A stretch of DNA of 64,000 nucleotides from the NCBI GenBank assembly GCA_963662315.1, contig OY759353.1:3712001-3776000 (forward strand), read 5' to 3'. The notes beneath the pieces are model-generated. The model was given only the letters and a program-made list of their open reading frames with translations, made no database searches and was not told where the DNA came from. Source of the stretch: Geopsychrobacteraceae bacterium (GTDB taxonomy: Bacteria > Desulfobacterota > Desulfuromonadia > Desulfuromonadales > Geopsychrobacteraceae). Shown here one piece after another: positions 8,190 through 16,878 of the stretch. A program made the position numbers and the translations under genes. Position 1 is the first letter of the stretch, and each line of letters begins with the position of its first letter.

Positions 8190-10611
8190 TGACAGCCACC
8201 TCCTTTGCGATCGCGAGAACAGTCAACGGCAATGGCTGATCCTGGATGATCTCAACCTGCATTGTTGTCCCATCCTGGGCCCAGCCACTGGCAATGGTCG
8301 CTTTCTTCCACCCGGTAAATTCAGGAAGGCTTTGATCGAGGAGATTGTCGCCGAACTGGCGAAACGGAATATTCTCCCCATTGATCGAACAGCCTTTTGA
8401 CTTATGAAGTAGAACCAGGGCATTGGTGCATGTCGCCGATCCGCCGACACCACCTTCAATGTAAGGGGGAAGGTCCTTGATGATGGTTTGATAATGAAGC
8501 CCGACTTCGATCTCATTGGCGTCATAGCTTAGCGTTATTTCGCCATTGGTTACGGTTTGCTGTTTAGCGACCAGGCCATCAGCCAGAATATCGACCGTGT
8601 ATCCTTCCAGGTGATCAAGTCCGTCCCAGGTCGCCTTTCCTGTTTCATCACTGTCCGTAATGGCTGAATCCGTATTGAGTGAATAGTCGAGGACCTCGAT
8701 AAAAGTCTCAGAGTCACGCTCGACAGCAATCCAGATCTGATCTTTCCCGGTTGATGGGGATGGGATTTTCTCGATCGCTTTCAGTTCTCCGGAAAAGGTA
8801 CTGCGGGCCCAGGCCATGACGTCCTGATCAGGGTCATAGGTAAAGGTCAGAAGACACCCATTTTCACAGCGAGCCCAGATCGATGGGATTGGCTCCCTGA
8901 CATAAATCATCTCGGCGATTCCGGCCCCCTCATCGAGAAGGTGAGCTCCATAAACCCCCATGTCAGGAGCAATGAAGCGATCTTTTTCAAGGTTGTACTG
9001 AAAACAGCGCAAACCACGACCTGAAGCCGTCACAAAGAACATGTCAATACCGGCACGGATAGGCGTTGCCTCGGCTTTTGAACCGTAGTTGGTGCGAATC
9101 CGGATACTGAAATCTGTCGGAGTGATTGCGGATCCAGAGCTGGAACTCAAGGAAGGCTCTTCGGCCTCGGTGAAGATCAGGATGAATTCATCAGCGTTCA
9201 GGTTCTTGACCGGTGTCGTAGCCTGCGCAATGGTCAAAGCCATTCCATCATCATCATCGGTTCCAGATTCAAAATTTAGAAGGTAGTCCTCACCGGTCTT
9301 ACTCTTCCAAAGAACAGTTGGTTGAGACTTAGTTCCAGCGACATACATGCTCTGCTGAAAAAAGGTAACAGACTGAGGCCAGCCGTACAAATCGCCCCAG
9401 GCCTCAACCGTCCATTCATAGTCAGGCTCAAGGCCGGTCACCTTGGTCACAGCTTTTTCTTCTGTGATCGTGATATTAGTTTCATCAGAATTGGTCACAT
9501 CTGCTGAACTATTAAAGGCGACCGTCGATACAGTTTTCGTTTCTGTCGTGGTTCCACCTTCACTTTCAGAAGCGACCGTTCTGACCGTGATCGTATCCTC
9601 ATAGTTCCTCATCTGGCCATAACAGCTGATTTCAACTGTTTCACTACCGCTCATGGCTGTCGGATCGATGACGACAGTCACTGTGTCAATATAGGTTTCC
9701 AGAGAGCTTGAAGTTTCTTCGACCTGGGTCAATGTTGCCGAGATACCGGAAGGAAGCGATTCCGGGATATTGACTGAAGTCGTCAATTCCAGTTCTCCGG
9801 AATCGGAATCTGTTCGGGCCGTTGTGAACTCGATCACAACAGACTGGTTCCCGATCATCGATGTCGGATCAATATCAAGGGTGATAGTATTGACAATCCT
9901 GGTAGTCTGATTTGGAACATCGATGCGCTTCTCATAAGTTCCGGAAGCTGCTGTTGTAGAAGTCACGCTTTCGATGACAACTATTCCGTTATTGATATTG
10001 AAGCGACTTCCGACCATACCAGCGACAAACAGATCTGCACTTGCCGTCAGATCGACATCACCGCTGATCGATGTCGGCGTAATAGTCAGATCATCTGTTC
10101 CCTTTGGCCGGAAATAGGGGATCTTCTGGAAATTGATAGAGGCCAGGGTCCAGCCTGTATCCGTTGTCCTGGACAGCTTTCTTGGTTGATAATCACCGTG
10201 GAACAGGTAAAGCTCCCCTTCGCGTATTTCCATATTAATCATGGCAAGATCGGCACCAGCATAAGGACTGGTCACTTCATAAGGCGTAGTCCCGTCCGTA
10301 GTGATCAGCTCGCCATCAACGTAAAAGCGGAGAACCTGATCGGTAAATTCAACCATGTACCATTTCAGGATCCCGTTAACCGTGATCCCGATCGCCTTGA
10401 ATCTGATCTTTGATCCTGCCGTTCCGGTTCCTTTTGCCTTGGTCACATACCGGCCACCAGGGCGACGCATGGCGCCACCTGTTACCAATGGAATCGCATT
10501 GCGGCACAGCTCCAAACCGTTCTTGTAGCGCCCGACATCAAGACGTCCAAGAAGCAGAGGATTGAGCTCTCCTGCGTTAAGGACACTCTGGAACGTTTTC
10601 AGCTTGGCCAT
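8179..10611 (-). CDS. Tail nozzle/tubular protein B (T7 gp12/P22 gp10-like)
   Basis: N-terminal FQSVLNAGELNPLLLGRLD...GGAMRRPG, WPQSVTFFQQ, GLDHLEG and C-terminal QDQPLPLTVLAI motifs. Confidence 0.85.
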   Translation of the reverse strand: MAKLKTFQSVLNAGELNPLLLGRLDVGRYKNGLELCRNAIPLVTGGAMRRPGGRYVTKAKGTGTAGSKIRFKAIGITVNGILKWYMVEFTDQVLRFYVDGELITTDGTTPYEVTSPYAGADLAMINMEIREGELYLFHGDYQPRKLSRTTDTGWTLASINFQKIPYFRPKGTDDLTITPTSISGDVDLTASADLFVAGMVGSRFNINNGIVVIESVTSTTAASGTYEKRIDVPNQTTRIVNTITLDIDPTSMIGNQSVVIEFTTARTDSDSGELELTTSVNIPESLPSGISATLTQVEETSSSLETYIDTVTVVIDPTAMSGSETVEISCYGQMRNYEDTITVRTVASESEGGTTTETKTVSTVAFNSSADVTNSDETNITITEEKAVTKVTGLEPDYEWTVEAWGDLYGWPQSVTFFQQSMYVAGTKSQPTVLWKSKTGEDYLLNFESGTDDDDGMALTIAQATTPVKNLNADEFILIFTEAEEPSLSSSSGSAITPTDFSIRIRTNYGSKAEATPIRAGIDMFFVTASGRGLRCFQYNLEKDRFIAPDMGVYGAHLLDEGAGIAEMIYVREPIPSIWARCENGCLLTFTYDPDQDVMAWARSTFSGELKAIEKIPSPSTGKDQIWIAVERDSETFIEVLDYSLNTDSAITDSDETGKATWDGLDHLEGYTVDILADGLVAKQQTVTNGEITLSYDANEIEVGLHYQTIIKDLPPYIEGGVGGSATCTNALVLLHKSKGCSINGENIPFRQFGDNLLDQSLPEFTGWKKATIASGWAQDGTTMQVEIIQDQPLPLTVLAIAKEVAVNVG

Positions 10612-10612
10612 A

Positions 10613-11167
10613 TCAATACCGTCCCGCGATCAGGTCAGATTCTTCAAATTCATCAGCCGGCTCTTCCATGGAATCAACACTGCGCGCCTGTTGCAGGACA
10701 GCAACATACATTTCCCACTGGGCATTCTGCTGGGAGGTTGACTGAGTTAACGGATAGGCCAGCTTCGCAGCCAAGTTTCTTGCCAGAGCTGCAGCTGCCA
10801 GGGAATCCCAGACGTTCAGTTCCTCAACCTTGCGGATATAGCGCATCTGCAGAAATTCAACATTGGCCAAAATCTGGCGCCCTTCATTGCGGAAATCCCT
10901 GGTGTTGAAAATTTCAATGGTCCTCAGCCAATCGCTTGGCTTATTGAACTGGTAGCTGTAACCGAATTTCGGATTATCAGACAGCGGAGACAGCTCTTTC
11001 CGATAGCAGGCAAAGTTCCAAGGATGAGCCCGGAGTGTTTCTTCCAGGGCTGCATTCCAGAGCGTCCCCGCAAAGGTTCCCGCCTTGGTTGAACTATCAA
11101 CCACCTGAACAGGGATCTGCCCAAGAAAGACCAGGGCGTTATTGACAACTTCCACTTTAGAATTCAT
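10613..11167 (-). CDS. Tail adaptor/tubular protein A (T7 gp11-like)
   Basis: SKVEVVNNALVFLG and LRAHPWNFA motifs; position before the nozzle gene. Confidence 0.8.
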   Translation of the reverse strand: MNSKVEVVNNALVFLGQIPVQVVDSSTKAGTFAGTLWNAALEETLRAHPWNFACYRKELSPLSDNPKFGYSYQFNKPSDWLRTIEIFNTRDFRNEGRQILANVEFLQMRYIRKVEELNVWDSLAAAALARNLAAKLAYPLTQSTSQQNAQWEMYVAVLQQARSVDSMEEPADEFEESDLIAGRY

Positions 11168-11184
11168 AAGTTTCCACCATGACT

Positions 11185-11211
11185 AAAGAGCGGGGAGTTC
11201 CCCCGCTCTTT
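11185..11211 (-). terminator. Hairpin, probably a leaky terminator, after capsid/cement genes
   Basis: Perfect 11-bp inverted repeat AAAGAGCGGGG / CCCCGCTCTTT; short T tail. Confidence 0.6.
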
Positions 11212-11225
11212 GCTCGTTACATGCC

Positions 11226-11759
11226 TTAGCTGTTTTCTACGTAAGCGATCCGGAAGCGGATCGTCTGGTTGGCAGCAATGGCGGCCCCGGCATTGGTAGC
11301 GATCAGTTCTTCATCACTGCCGATCGTCACGTCATCTGCTCCGGCTGCCGGTTCTGTCAGGCTGAAACTTCCTGCAGCAGTAATACTTGTTGCCGCTTTG
11401 AGCGCAGCAGCTGAGTCCGTCTTTCCGATCGCAAGGGTGGCACTGGCCACACCAGCGGAGAAACTGACCGTCGATAAGCTTGCCAGGATCTTGGCTCCGA
11501 CCGGTGGTGTCGGAAGGTGAATAACATCCCCAATGGTCCCGGCTCCGGATTGAACATAAACCTCATTGATGTAACGAACCCGGGCGCCAAAATCGACCAC
11601 GCCAACCTTTTGGATTGGATTGGTCCGCATCTTTGTCATGTTCGTGCCATAGACATCGCCCCGGGCGTGAAGGTCGGCAACTCTTGGACATCTGGGCAGG
11701 AACAGGTAGGACGCTATGACCAGGAGCAGGGTCCAGATAAATAAAAAGAATCGTTTCAT
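11226..11759 (-). CDS. Capsid cement/decoration protein (Bbp16-like) with N-terminal leader
   Basis: Start moved to ATG 11759 (RBS AGGGAG); beta-rich body directly downstream of major capsid gene. Confidence 0.65.
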   Translation of the reverse strand: MKRFFLFIWTLLLVIASYLFLPRCPRVADLHARGDVYGTNMTKMRTNPIQKVGVVDFGARVRYINEVYVQSGAGTIGDVIHLPTPPVGAKILASLSTVSFSAGVASATLAIGKTDSAAALKAATSITAAGSFSLTEPAAGADDVTIGSDEELIATNAGAAIAANQTIRFRIAYVENS

Positions 11760-11789
11760 GGTGTATCTCCCTTGTTTGATACGCTGAAC

Positions 11790-11816
11790 AACTCCCGATC
11801 CGTCAGATCGGGAGTT
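11790..11816. other. Intergenic hairpin between capsid and cement genes
   Basis: AACTCCCGATC / GATCGGGAGTT, 11-bp perfect stem with 5-nt loop. Confidence 0.6.
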
Positions 11817-11826
11817 CATTGATTGA

Positions 11827-12756
11827 TCAGGCGGTTTCGTCGCACTGGATCTCGACAACCCCTTCGTCCTCAACACGGACCGCACCGAGACTCATTTCGG
11901 TGTAGGTCTGGACTGCGAAGTTTTTGTCGGGACGCTTGGCGATATCGTTCTTGATGTTCTGACCGATACCGAGCTGCATATAGCTCTTGCCGTAAATGAA
12001 ACCGCTACGGATATCTCCTGACTTCGGCAGGAACTCGACACGCTTCCAGACCATGCCCAGGAAGTAATCCACCTTGTAATCCTGCAGGGCGCGCATGGTG
12101 TTGTAATCGGCACTGGTCAGGGTTGAATCTTCCATCAACTCGGTGAGCATCTTCGCGGTATAAACGAAGGTGCGCTGGTTTCCGTCCTCTTCCGGGCTGT
12201 CGGCTTCGTTCTCGTTGAGGATCTCGATTGCGGCCCGCAGTTTGGCCATGGAAATATTTGTTCCGCCATCGAGGATGATCTGTTCTGCCGGCAACGCAAC
12301 CAGAGTATTGTCGACGTTGCGAGCGCTGCCGTTCAGCGCGGCAATAATGATCTTGTCCTTACGGCGGTTCATGGCGGCGACTGATCCCTGGACATACTTA
12401 TTGGTCGGATCTTCCAGAACCTTCAAGGTGTCGGTTTTATCGAGCAGGGTCGGATGGTTGTAATCGCGCAGATCGATATAACGGCGGATGTGTGGAACTT
12501 CGATATTCTTGGTGTCACCATGGCGATCAGTGATCTCTTGGGCCTCAGTCTGACCATAACGGTCAGTTGACTCTGAAGAACCGACAATGCCGTCCTTGAC
12601 GATGACGGTATCCTCCAGGCGGCTCTTTTTCTGCTGAGCCACCAGGCGGACATCGTCGTCATACTTGGTAACAAAATGATTGGGAATGGTAGATTCGCCG
12701 TCCCGGGCAAGAAGGTCTAGGACGACGGGGAATAAGGCCGCTTGAATCTTTGTCAT
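11827..12756 (-). CDS. Major capsid protein
   Basis: FVTKYDDDVRLVAQQKKSRL, AAMNRRKDKII, TSADYN, GAVRVEDEGVVEIQC: BPP-1-like capsid motifs; RBS AAGGAG. Confidence 0.9.
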   Translation of the reverse strand: MTKIQAALFPVVLDLLARDGESTIPNHFVTKYDDDVRLVAQQKKSRLEDTVIVKDGIVGSSESTDRYGQTEAQEITDRHGDTKNIEVPHIRRYIDLRDYNHPTLLDKTDTLKVLEDPTNKYVQGSVAAMNRRKDKIIIAALNGSARNVDNTLVALPAEQIILDGGTNISMAKLRAAIEILNENEADSPEEDGNQRTFVYTAKMLTELMEDSTLTSADYNTMRALQDYKVDYFLGMVWKRVEFLPKSGDIRSGFIYGKSYMQLGIGQNIKNDIAKRPDKNFAVQTYTEMSLGAVRVEDEGVVEIQCDETA

Positions 12757-12928
12757 GGCGGCGTCTCCTTTCGTGAAAATCGTTATTCGTTCAATGATTT
12801 TCAGGTTATCCGCCGCCCGGCGGGCCTGTGGTGCAGTAGGTGTGCGGGTGTTACCATTGTCCGCGTCCGGTCTGTCCCGGTGTCGCGCCTCGTAAGAAGC
12901 GGCGCCCCTCTATAGGATCAGCTTAAAA
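12757..12928 (-). promoter_or_regulatory. Structured 5' leader of capsid gene
   Basis: Several stems (CAGG-C-CCGCC/GGCGG-ATAA-CCTG; TGAAAATC/GATTTTCA); see findings. Confidence 0.5.
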
Positions 12929-13201
12929 TCAGCTGTTAGTTTCAATCAGTGTGTATCCAGCTTCAAAAGCCTGTTCAGGAGAGAACGATTCATACCCGTC
13001 TTCATAGATTACGTAGTAACCTCCCTCCCCTGGCTTATGCTTTTCCATATACCTGGCATCAACCTTGATCGGGTTAATGTCCTTATCAACAGGGACCAGT
13101 AAGAAAGAAGCATCGTCCAGTGGATTCATGGCCATAATGGTTTCGATCTTTACCGCGTGAACTTCTTTATGACATTTGTACTTAGGGAGTACCTGATTCA
13201 T
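12929..13201 (-). CDS. Small phage accessory protein (GYYVxYEDGYESFSP motif)
   Basis: 90 aa, RBS AAGGAG; motif family common in phages, function not established here. Confidence 0.75.
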   Translation of the reverse strand: MNQVLPKYKCHKEVHAVKIETIMAMNPLDDASFLLVPVDKDINPIKVDARYMEKHKPGEGGYYVIYEDGYESFSPEQAFEAGYTLIETNS

Positions 13202-13385
13202 CGTTTCTCCTTCTATTGCCGCTGTGCGTCCCAGTCTTGTTCCCGTGGTGCTTATGGAGGCGACCCCGCGGCCTGGTCAACTATCCCGGAGCAATCGCCC
13301 CGTATTAAGGTGGTGTGCCGGCGCCCGGGGCGACCCGTAGTGCTTGGAGACTGGAAGCCGTGGGCAAATGTCGGCGCCGGAAACA
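13202..13385 (-). ncRNA. Candidate structured cis-regulatory RNA
   Basis: GC-rich intergenic stretch with nested and alternative stems and a duplicated CTCC(AT)AAGCACYACGGG unit. Confidence 0.5.
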
Positions 13386-14234
13386 TCAATTTCCTGTTTT
13401 ATAGCCGCGCGGATAAGCCGCGCTGACCTTGGCAACAACTCGTTTGTGGTCCGGGTGTTTGGGATCGAGATAAGCATCGCTGTTTCTCAGCTTGGCAATA
13501 TCTTCAAGCTCACCAGGTCCCATCTGATTGGCCGTGCTATCATCTTCAAATTCACGTCCAACGAACTCAAGAAGCCGAATCACCGAAGGATTATTCATCA
13601 AGGTCGGATCAGAAATAATGTCTTTGCGAATATTTGCCGGAGCGACGGACAGCGCAAAGTTTGAACGGGCGATATTCTTCTGGTAATCCTCGCCCCAAGA
13701 CTGTTTTAGTTCTGCCTGGGCTGCTTCCATGGAAGCTTTCTGCTGAGCCACACCTTCACCAAGCAGCTCGCCATAGTAAGCCAGAACACCTTGAACCTGA
13801 GTGTTGTTCAGATTCAACTCATGCAGCTTTCCAAGAACTTTGGCTTCAGCTTCCTGGTTGCGCTCGAAACCTTCAGGAAGGTAATCGGCTATTTCATATT
13901 TATCAGCAGACTCAGGAGGAGCATCTCCAGCACGGAAGCGCTTTTCAAGCTCTCCGTAGGAGGGAAGGACCTTTTGTGCGATCGCCTTCCAGTCTTCGGA
14001 TCCATCTTCACCACGGACCATGAACTTGTCTGGGATGGTTAGTCCTTCACCGCCTTCTCCCTTACCACCCTGGCGCTGAAAGCCACCATTGTTTTCGCCA
14101 CTCAGCAGACCACTGCCCTGGCCACCGTCACCGGATCCGCCCCCTTGACCGCCGTCGCCACCACCTTCTCCACCGTCACCGTCGCGGGCAAAAAGATCTT
14201 TAATCCGGGGAAATTCAGGAAAAAGAAGGAACAC
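13386..14234 (-). CDS. Capsid scaffolding protein
   Basis: Gly-rich N-terminus, SYGELEKR, ELKQSWG..Y, C-terminal AYLDPKHPDHKRVVAKV; between portal and capsid; GTG start with GGAGG. Confidence 0.8.
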   Translation of the reverse strand: MFLLFPEFPRIKDLFARDGDGGEGGGDGGQGGGSGDGGQGSGLLSGENNGGFQRQGGKGEGGEGLTIPDKFMVRGEDGSEDWKAIAQKVLPSYGELEKRFRAGDAPPESADKYEIADYLPEGFERNQEAEAKVLGKLHELNLNNTQVQGVLAYYGELLGEGVAQQKASMEAAQAELKQSWGEDYQKNIARSNFALSVAPANIRKDIISDPTLMNNPSVIRLLEFVGREFEDDSTANQMGPGELEDIAKLRNSDAYLDPKHPDHKRVVAKVSAAYPRGYKTGN

Positions 14235-14690
14235 TTAGTTTCCTCCTTTCAATTCTTCAGCTTTAGTGTCAGCAAGGTTTAAAAGCTTTTCGTCGGTCAC
14301 ATCTTCCATGATGACGTTAAGCGCTTCGAGAGTTTCCGCTTTTGAAATGGCAGTCTCAATCTGCTTTGCCGTCATTTTCTTTTCAGGTTTGGTTGAAGGT
14401 TTCTGAGGCTCTTCCGGTAGATCTTCACCTTCGGCCGCCTTATCGAGAAGTTTCTCCAATTCGAAAATGCGTTCGGTCAGATCCTTATGATCATCCTCCT
14501 GCAGAACAACGAATCCGCGCTTTTCAAGCTCAGCGGACAATTGATCAGTATCAAGCTGTTCCATGGAGATAACGGTCGGTGTAGCCTGGACCGTTGCGGT
14601 TCCAGGTTTGCTGTTAACAGGGGTCGCTTTCTTTGGCGATTCCTCGATCAGGTGACCTTTTCCTTTAATAAATCTTCGTCCTGTTGCCAC
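14235..14690 (-). CDS. Hypothetical phage head-module protein
   Basis: 151 aa charged protein, RBS AAGGAG, in operon. Confidence 0.65.
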   Translation of the reverse strand: MATGRRFIKGKGHLIEESPKKATPVNSKPGTATVQATPTVISMEQLDTDQLSAELEKRGFVVLQEDDHKDLTERIFELEKLLDKAAEGEDLPEEPQKPSTKPEKKMTAKQIETAISKAETLEALNVIMEDVTDEKLLNLADTKAEELKGGN

Positions 14691-14706
14691 TGTGAACTCC
14701 TTTTCG

Positions 14707-14910
14707 CTAAGCCGTCGCTTTGTTGGTTAAATAAATGACAAGATCCTTCTTCCCGATATTTGCAGCAGTCTCGAGCTCATCACCAGGAACAAGCTGAGTC
14801 GGATAAACAAAGTCCATAAACAGTTCCTCAAGAATTGCCACTCCATCTGGATCCTCCTGGAAAATCCGGTGCCATGCCACCGGAGAAACTCGCTGTCTTT
14901 TATCAGCCAT
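14707..14910 (-). CDS. Small portal-adjacent protein (Bbp19-like)
   Basis: HRIFQEDPDGVAILEEL...TAANIGKKDLV pattern; immediately after portal. Confidence 0.65.
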   Translation of the reverse strand: MADKRQRVSPVAWHRIFQEDPDGVAILEELFMDFVYPTQLVPGDELETAANIGKKDLVIYLTNKATA

Positions 14911-16537
14911 TGCTCACTTCTCCCATCGCTGAAGCTCCGGCGCCTTGTCCTGCTGAAGCTTGCATGCTGGCCTGCTTTGCGGCGCGATCCTCACGAATCT
15001 TTCTCAAATCCTTCACCTTATCGTCAGTCAGGATCAGTGATTCAGGAACCCCGAGGAACTTGGACCGCTTACGCTCCGCTTCATCCCAGTCATACAGATC
15101 AAGAAGCCCTGCCATTTCTTGACTGAGTCCGGCCTTCTGGATCAGTCCTGTTTCAAAGCGATCCATGGCGGCCACATCCTCCAGCTGCTGGGCCCGGGCA
15201 AGCGGTGAGATATACCGCAAGCGAAGAGCCTTATTGCGAAGAGCTTCCGGAAGCTGCTTTCCTTCGCGGATATCCTTTCGCATCAATATCCCGAGACACC
15301 GGAAAACGATCCGCTGCAGGTACTCTGATTGCAGCCGGCCATACATGGGACCAAGCAACTGGCGGATCAAGCTCACTCGGTAATGCCATTCTGTTGCAGT
15401 CCTGACAGGTCCTTCAGATTGAAGAGGTTCCAGCTGATCGGCCATCATGATCCTTCGAATCTGGCGGCGCTTTTCTTCAGCCTTGATTGCGCCCCAATCT
15501 GGCTTACCTGGGGGGTTCACAGGAAACAAGGAATCCTTGGCCTTCATCATTGTCACTTTTTTAGGACCGATCTTCACGGTCTTGACGTTCAGAACACCAT
15601 CATCGACAGCACCCCACATGCCATAGGTCTGCATGTCAAAGTTGTCGAGACTCTTTTTCTCCATCTGGTTCAGAGTCTTGGCATCAGGAAGGACGGTTGA
15701 CATCGGTCCCTGGGCATAAACCGAGTTAGGCAGCCTCAGCCAACGAGGAACAGCCACAGGAAACTCAGCAAATCCACCTTCACGAACGATTTCCTTATTC
15801 TCGAGACAGATGTGATATGAGGCAAACGGCAGCAGCTGATCCCGCTTTTTCTTTCTGATACCCTTGGCGAATTGCTTCGGCATAATGAAGTGAATGAAAC
15901 CGAACCGCTTATAAGGATCCTTGGTCACTGCTTCTTTGATCTTGTCCGGAAGGACCTGTTCGTTGTCCTCATACTCGCGAACAGCCTGTTGAGCTGTCAG
16001 GGTGAAATAGCGACAGATGGTATCGACCATTCCGTCCTTGCGGGTTGATGCCATAAAACAGAACGGCAGTGGCCAGGCCTCAAAGTTAAAGGTTGTCTCT
16101 TCGCCTTCCTCGATAAACAAAGCACAGTAACCGGCGTCCGTGACATCAAGCATAGCTTCATAAGCAGAAGGATCGAAGTTGCTTGAGTGTATCCCGCTAT
16201 GGATCTGCTCGGCCTTTTTATCCAGGTACGCTTTGACCTCGCTGTTTTCTTCACCTTCAGCCTCAATTCCGGCCCAACGGCTATTTGCCGGAGTCAGCCC
16301 GGAAACAAGAGTACTGGCCAGAATGTGAGCTGAGTCGGTCGCGGTTGAATCAGTCATGTCCGCCTGGGCGCTGGCGGCCTGTTGTTGAATTGTTTCGGGA
16401 GATGCGTCCAGGTCAGAACTAAACTGGAGACCTCTGATCGGATGCGAATATTTGTAGCATTCGCGTATATGATTCTCGAGAGGCAGTCTTAACGTCTTTA
16501 AAGCTTCAAAATAATTTACAAGCTCTGAACCCGTCAT
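14903..16537 (-). CDS. Portal (head-tail connector) protein
   Basis: DSTATDSAHILASTLVSGLTPANSRW, GGFAEFPVAVPRW, RTATEW, LGPMYGRLQSEYL, YISPLARAQ motifs. Confidence 0.93.
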   Translation of the reverse strand: MTGSELVNYFEALKTLRLPLENHIRECYKYSHPIRGLQFSSDLDASPETIQQQAASAQADMTDSTATDSAHILASTLVSGLTPANSRWAGIEAEGEENSEVKAYLDKKAEQIHSGIHSSNFDPSAYEAMLDVTDAGYCALFIEEGEETTFNFEAWPLPFCFMASTRKDGMVDTICRYFTLTAQQAVREYEDNEQVLPDKIKEAVTKDPYKRFGFIHFIMPKQFAKGIRKKKRDQLLPFASYHICLENKEIVREGGFAEFPVAVPRWLRLPNSVYAQGPMSTVLPDAKTLNQMEKKSLDNFDMQTYGMWGAVDDGVLNVKTVKIGPKKVTMMKAKDSLFPVNPPGKPDWGAIKAEEKRRQIRRIMMADQLEPLQSEGPVRTATEWHYRVSLIRQLLGPMYGRLQSEYLQRIVFRCLGILMRKDIREGKQLPEALRNKALRLRYISPLARAQQLEDVAAMDRFETGLIQKAGLSQEMAGLLDLYDWDEAERKRSKFLGVPESLILTDDKVKDLRKIREDRAAKQASMQASAGQGAGASAMGEVSNG

Positions 16538-16617
16538 GACTGCCTCCGATAAATGAATTGTCGTTACGGAAGCGATTACTATCAGAAATCTTGGAAATCT
16601 GCTGGCAGATCATTTCA
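16538..16617 (-). promoter_or_regulatory. Putative activator-dependent late promoter region
   Basis: Intergenic gap between Mor-like gene and portal; palindrome ATCTGC-TG-GCAGAT (16597-16610) and repeated GAAATCT. Confidence 0.4.
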
Positions 16618-16878
16618 CTATTTTTTGATGATGTTTCTGATCTGTCGTTCAGAAAGTTTGAAAAGGATGGCTAACTCTTCATAATTATTGCCGCGAAAAG
16701 CCTTTTTGATCATTTTGTTCCGTTCATAAATTTTTATAGATTCAAGACCAGGGAAGGTGATGCGAATGTCACCGAGTTCTTCAGCAAGGATCTTGACGAT
16801 CACTTCAGCAACCTGGTCATCATAAACGCAGCGGACACGATGAATCGCCCTCTCAAAACATTCCATCCCTTCACTCAT
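16618..16878 (-). CDS. Mor/C-family transcription activator
   Basis: ELGDIRITFP...RNKMIKKAFRGNNYEELAILFKLSERQIRNI; ATGA overlap with upstream gene. Confidence 0.85.
   Translation of the reverse strand: MSEGMECFERAIHRVRCVYDDQVAEVIVKILAEELGDIRITFPGLESIKIYERNKMIKKAFRGNNYEELAILFKLSERQIRNIIKK

Noticed and set aside
13311..13385. tRNA on the minus strand ending CACCA
   Set aside because: Terminal stem and CCA present but no T-loop or D-loop consensus; kept only as part of the structured RNA candidate.
14100..14185. GC-rich repeats in the scaffold gene
   Set aside because: Encode an ordinary Gly-rich disordered linker.
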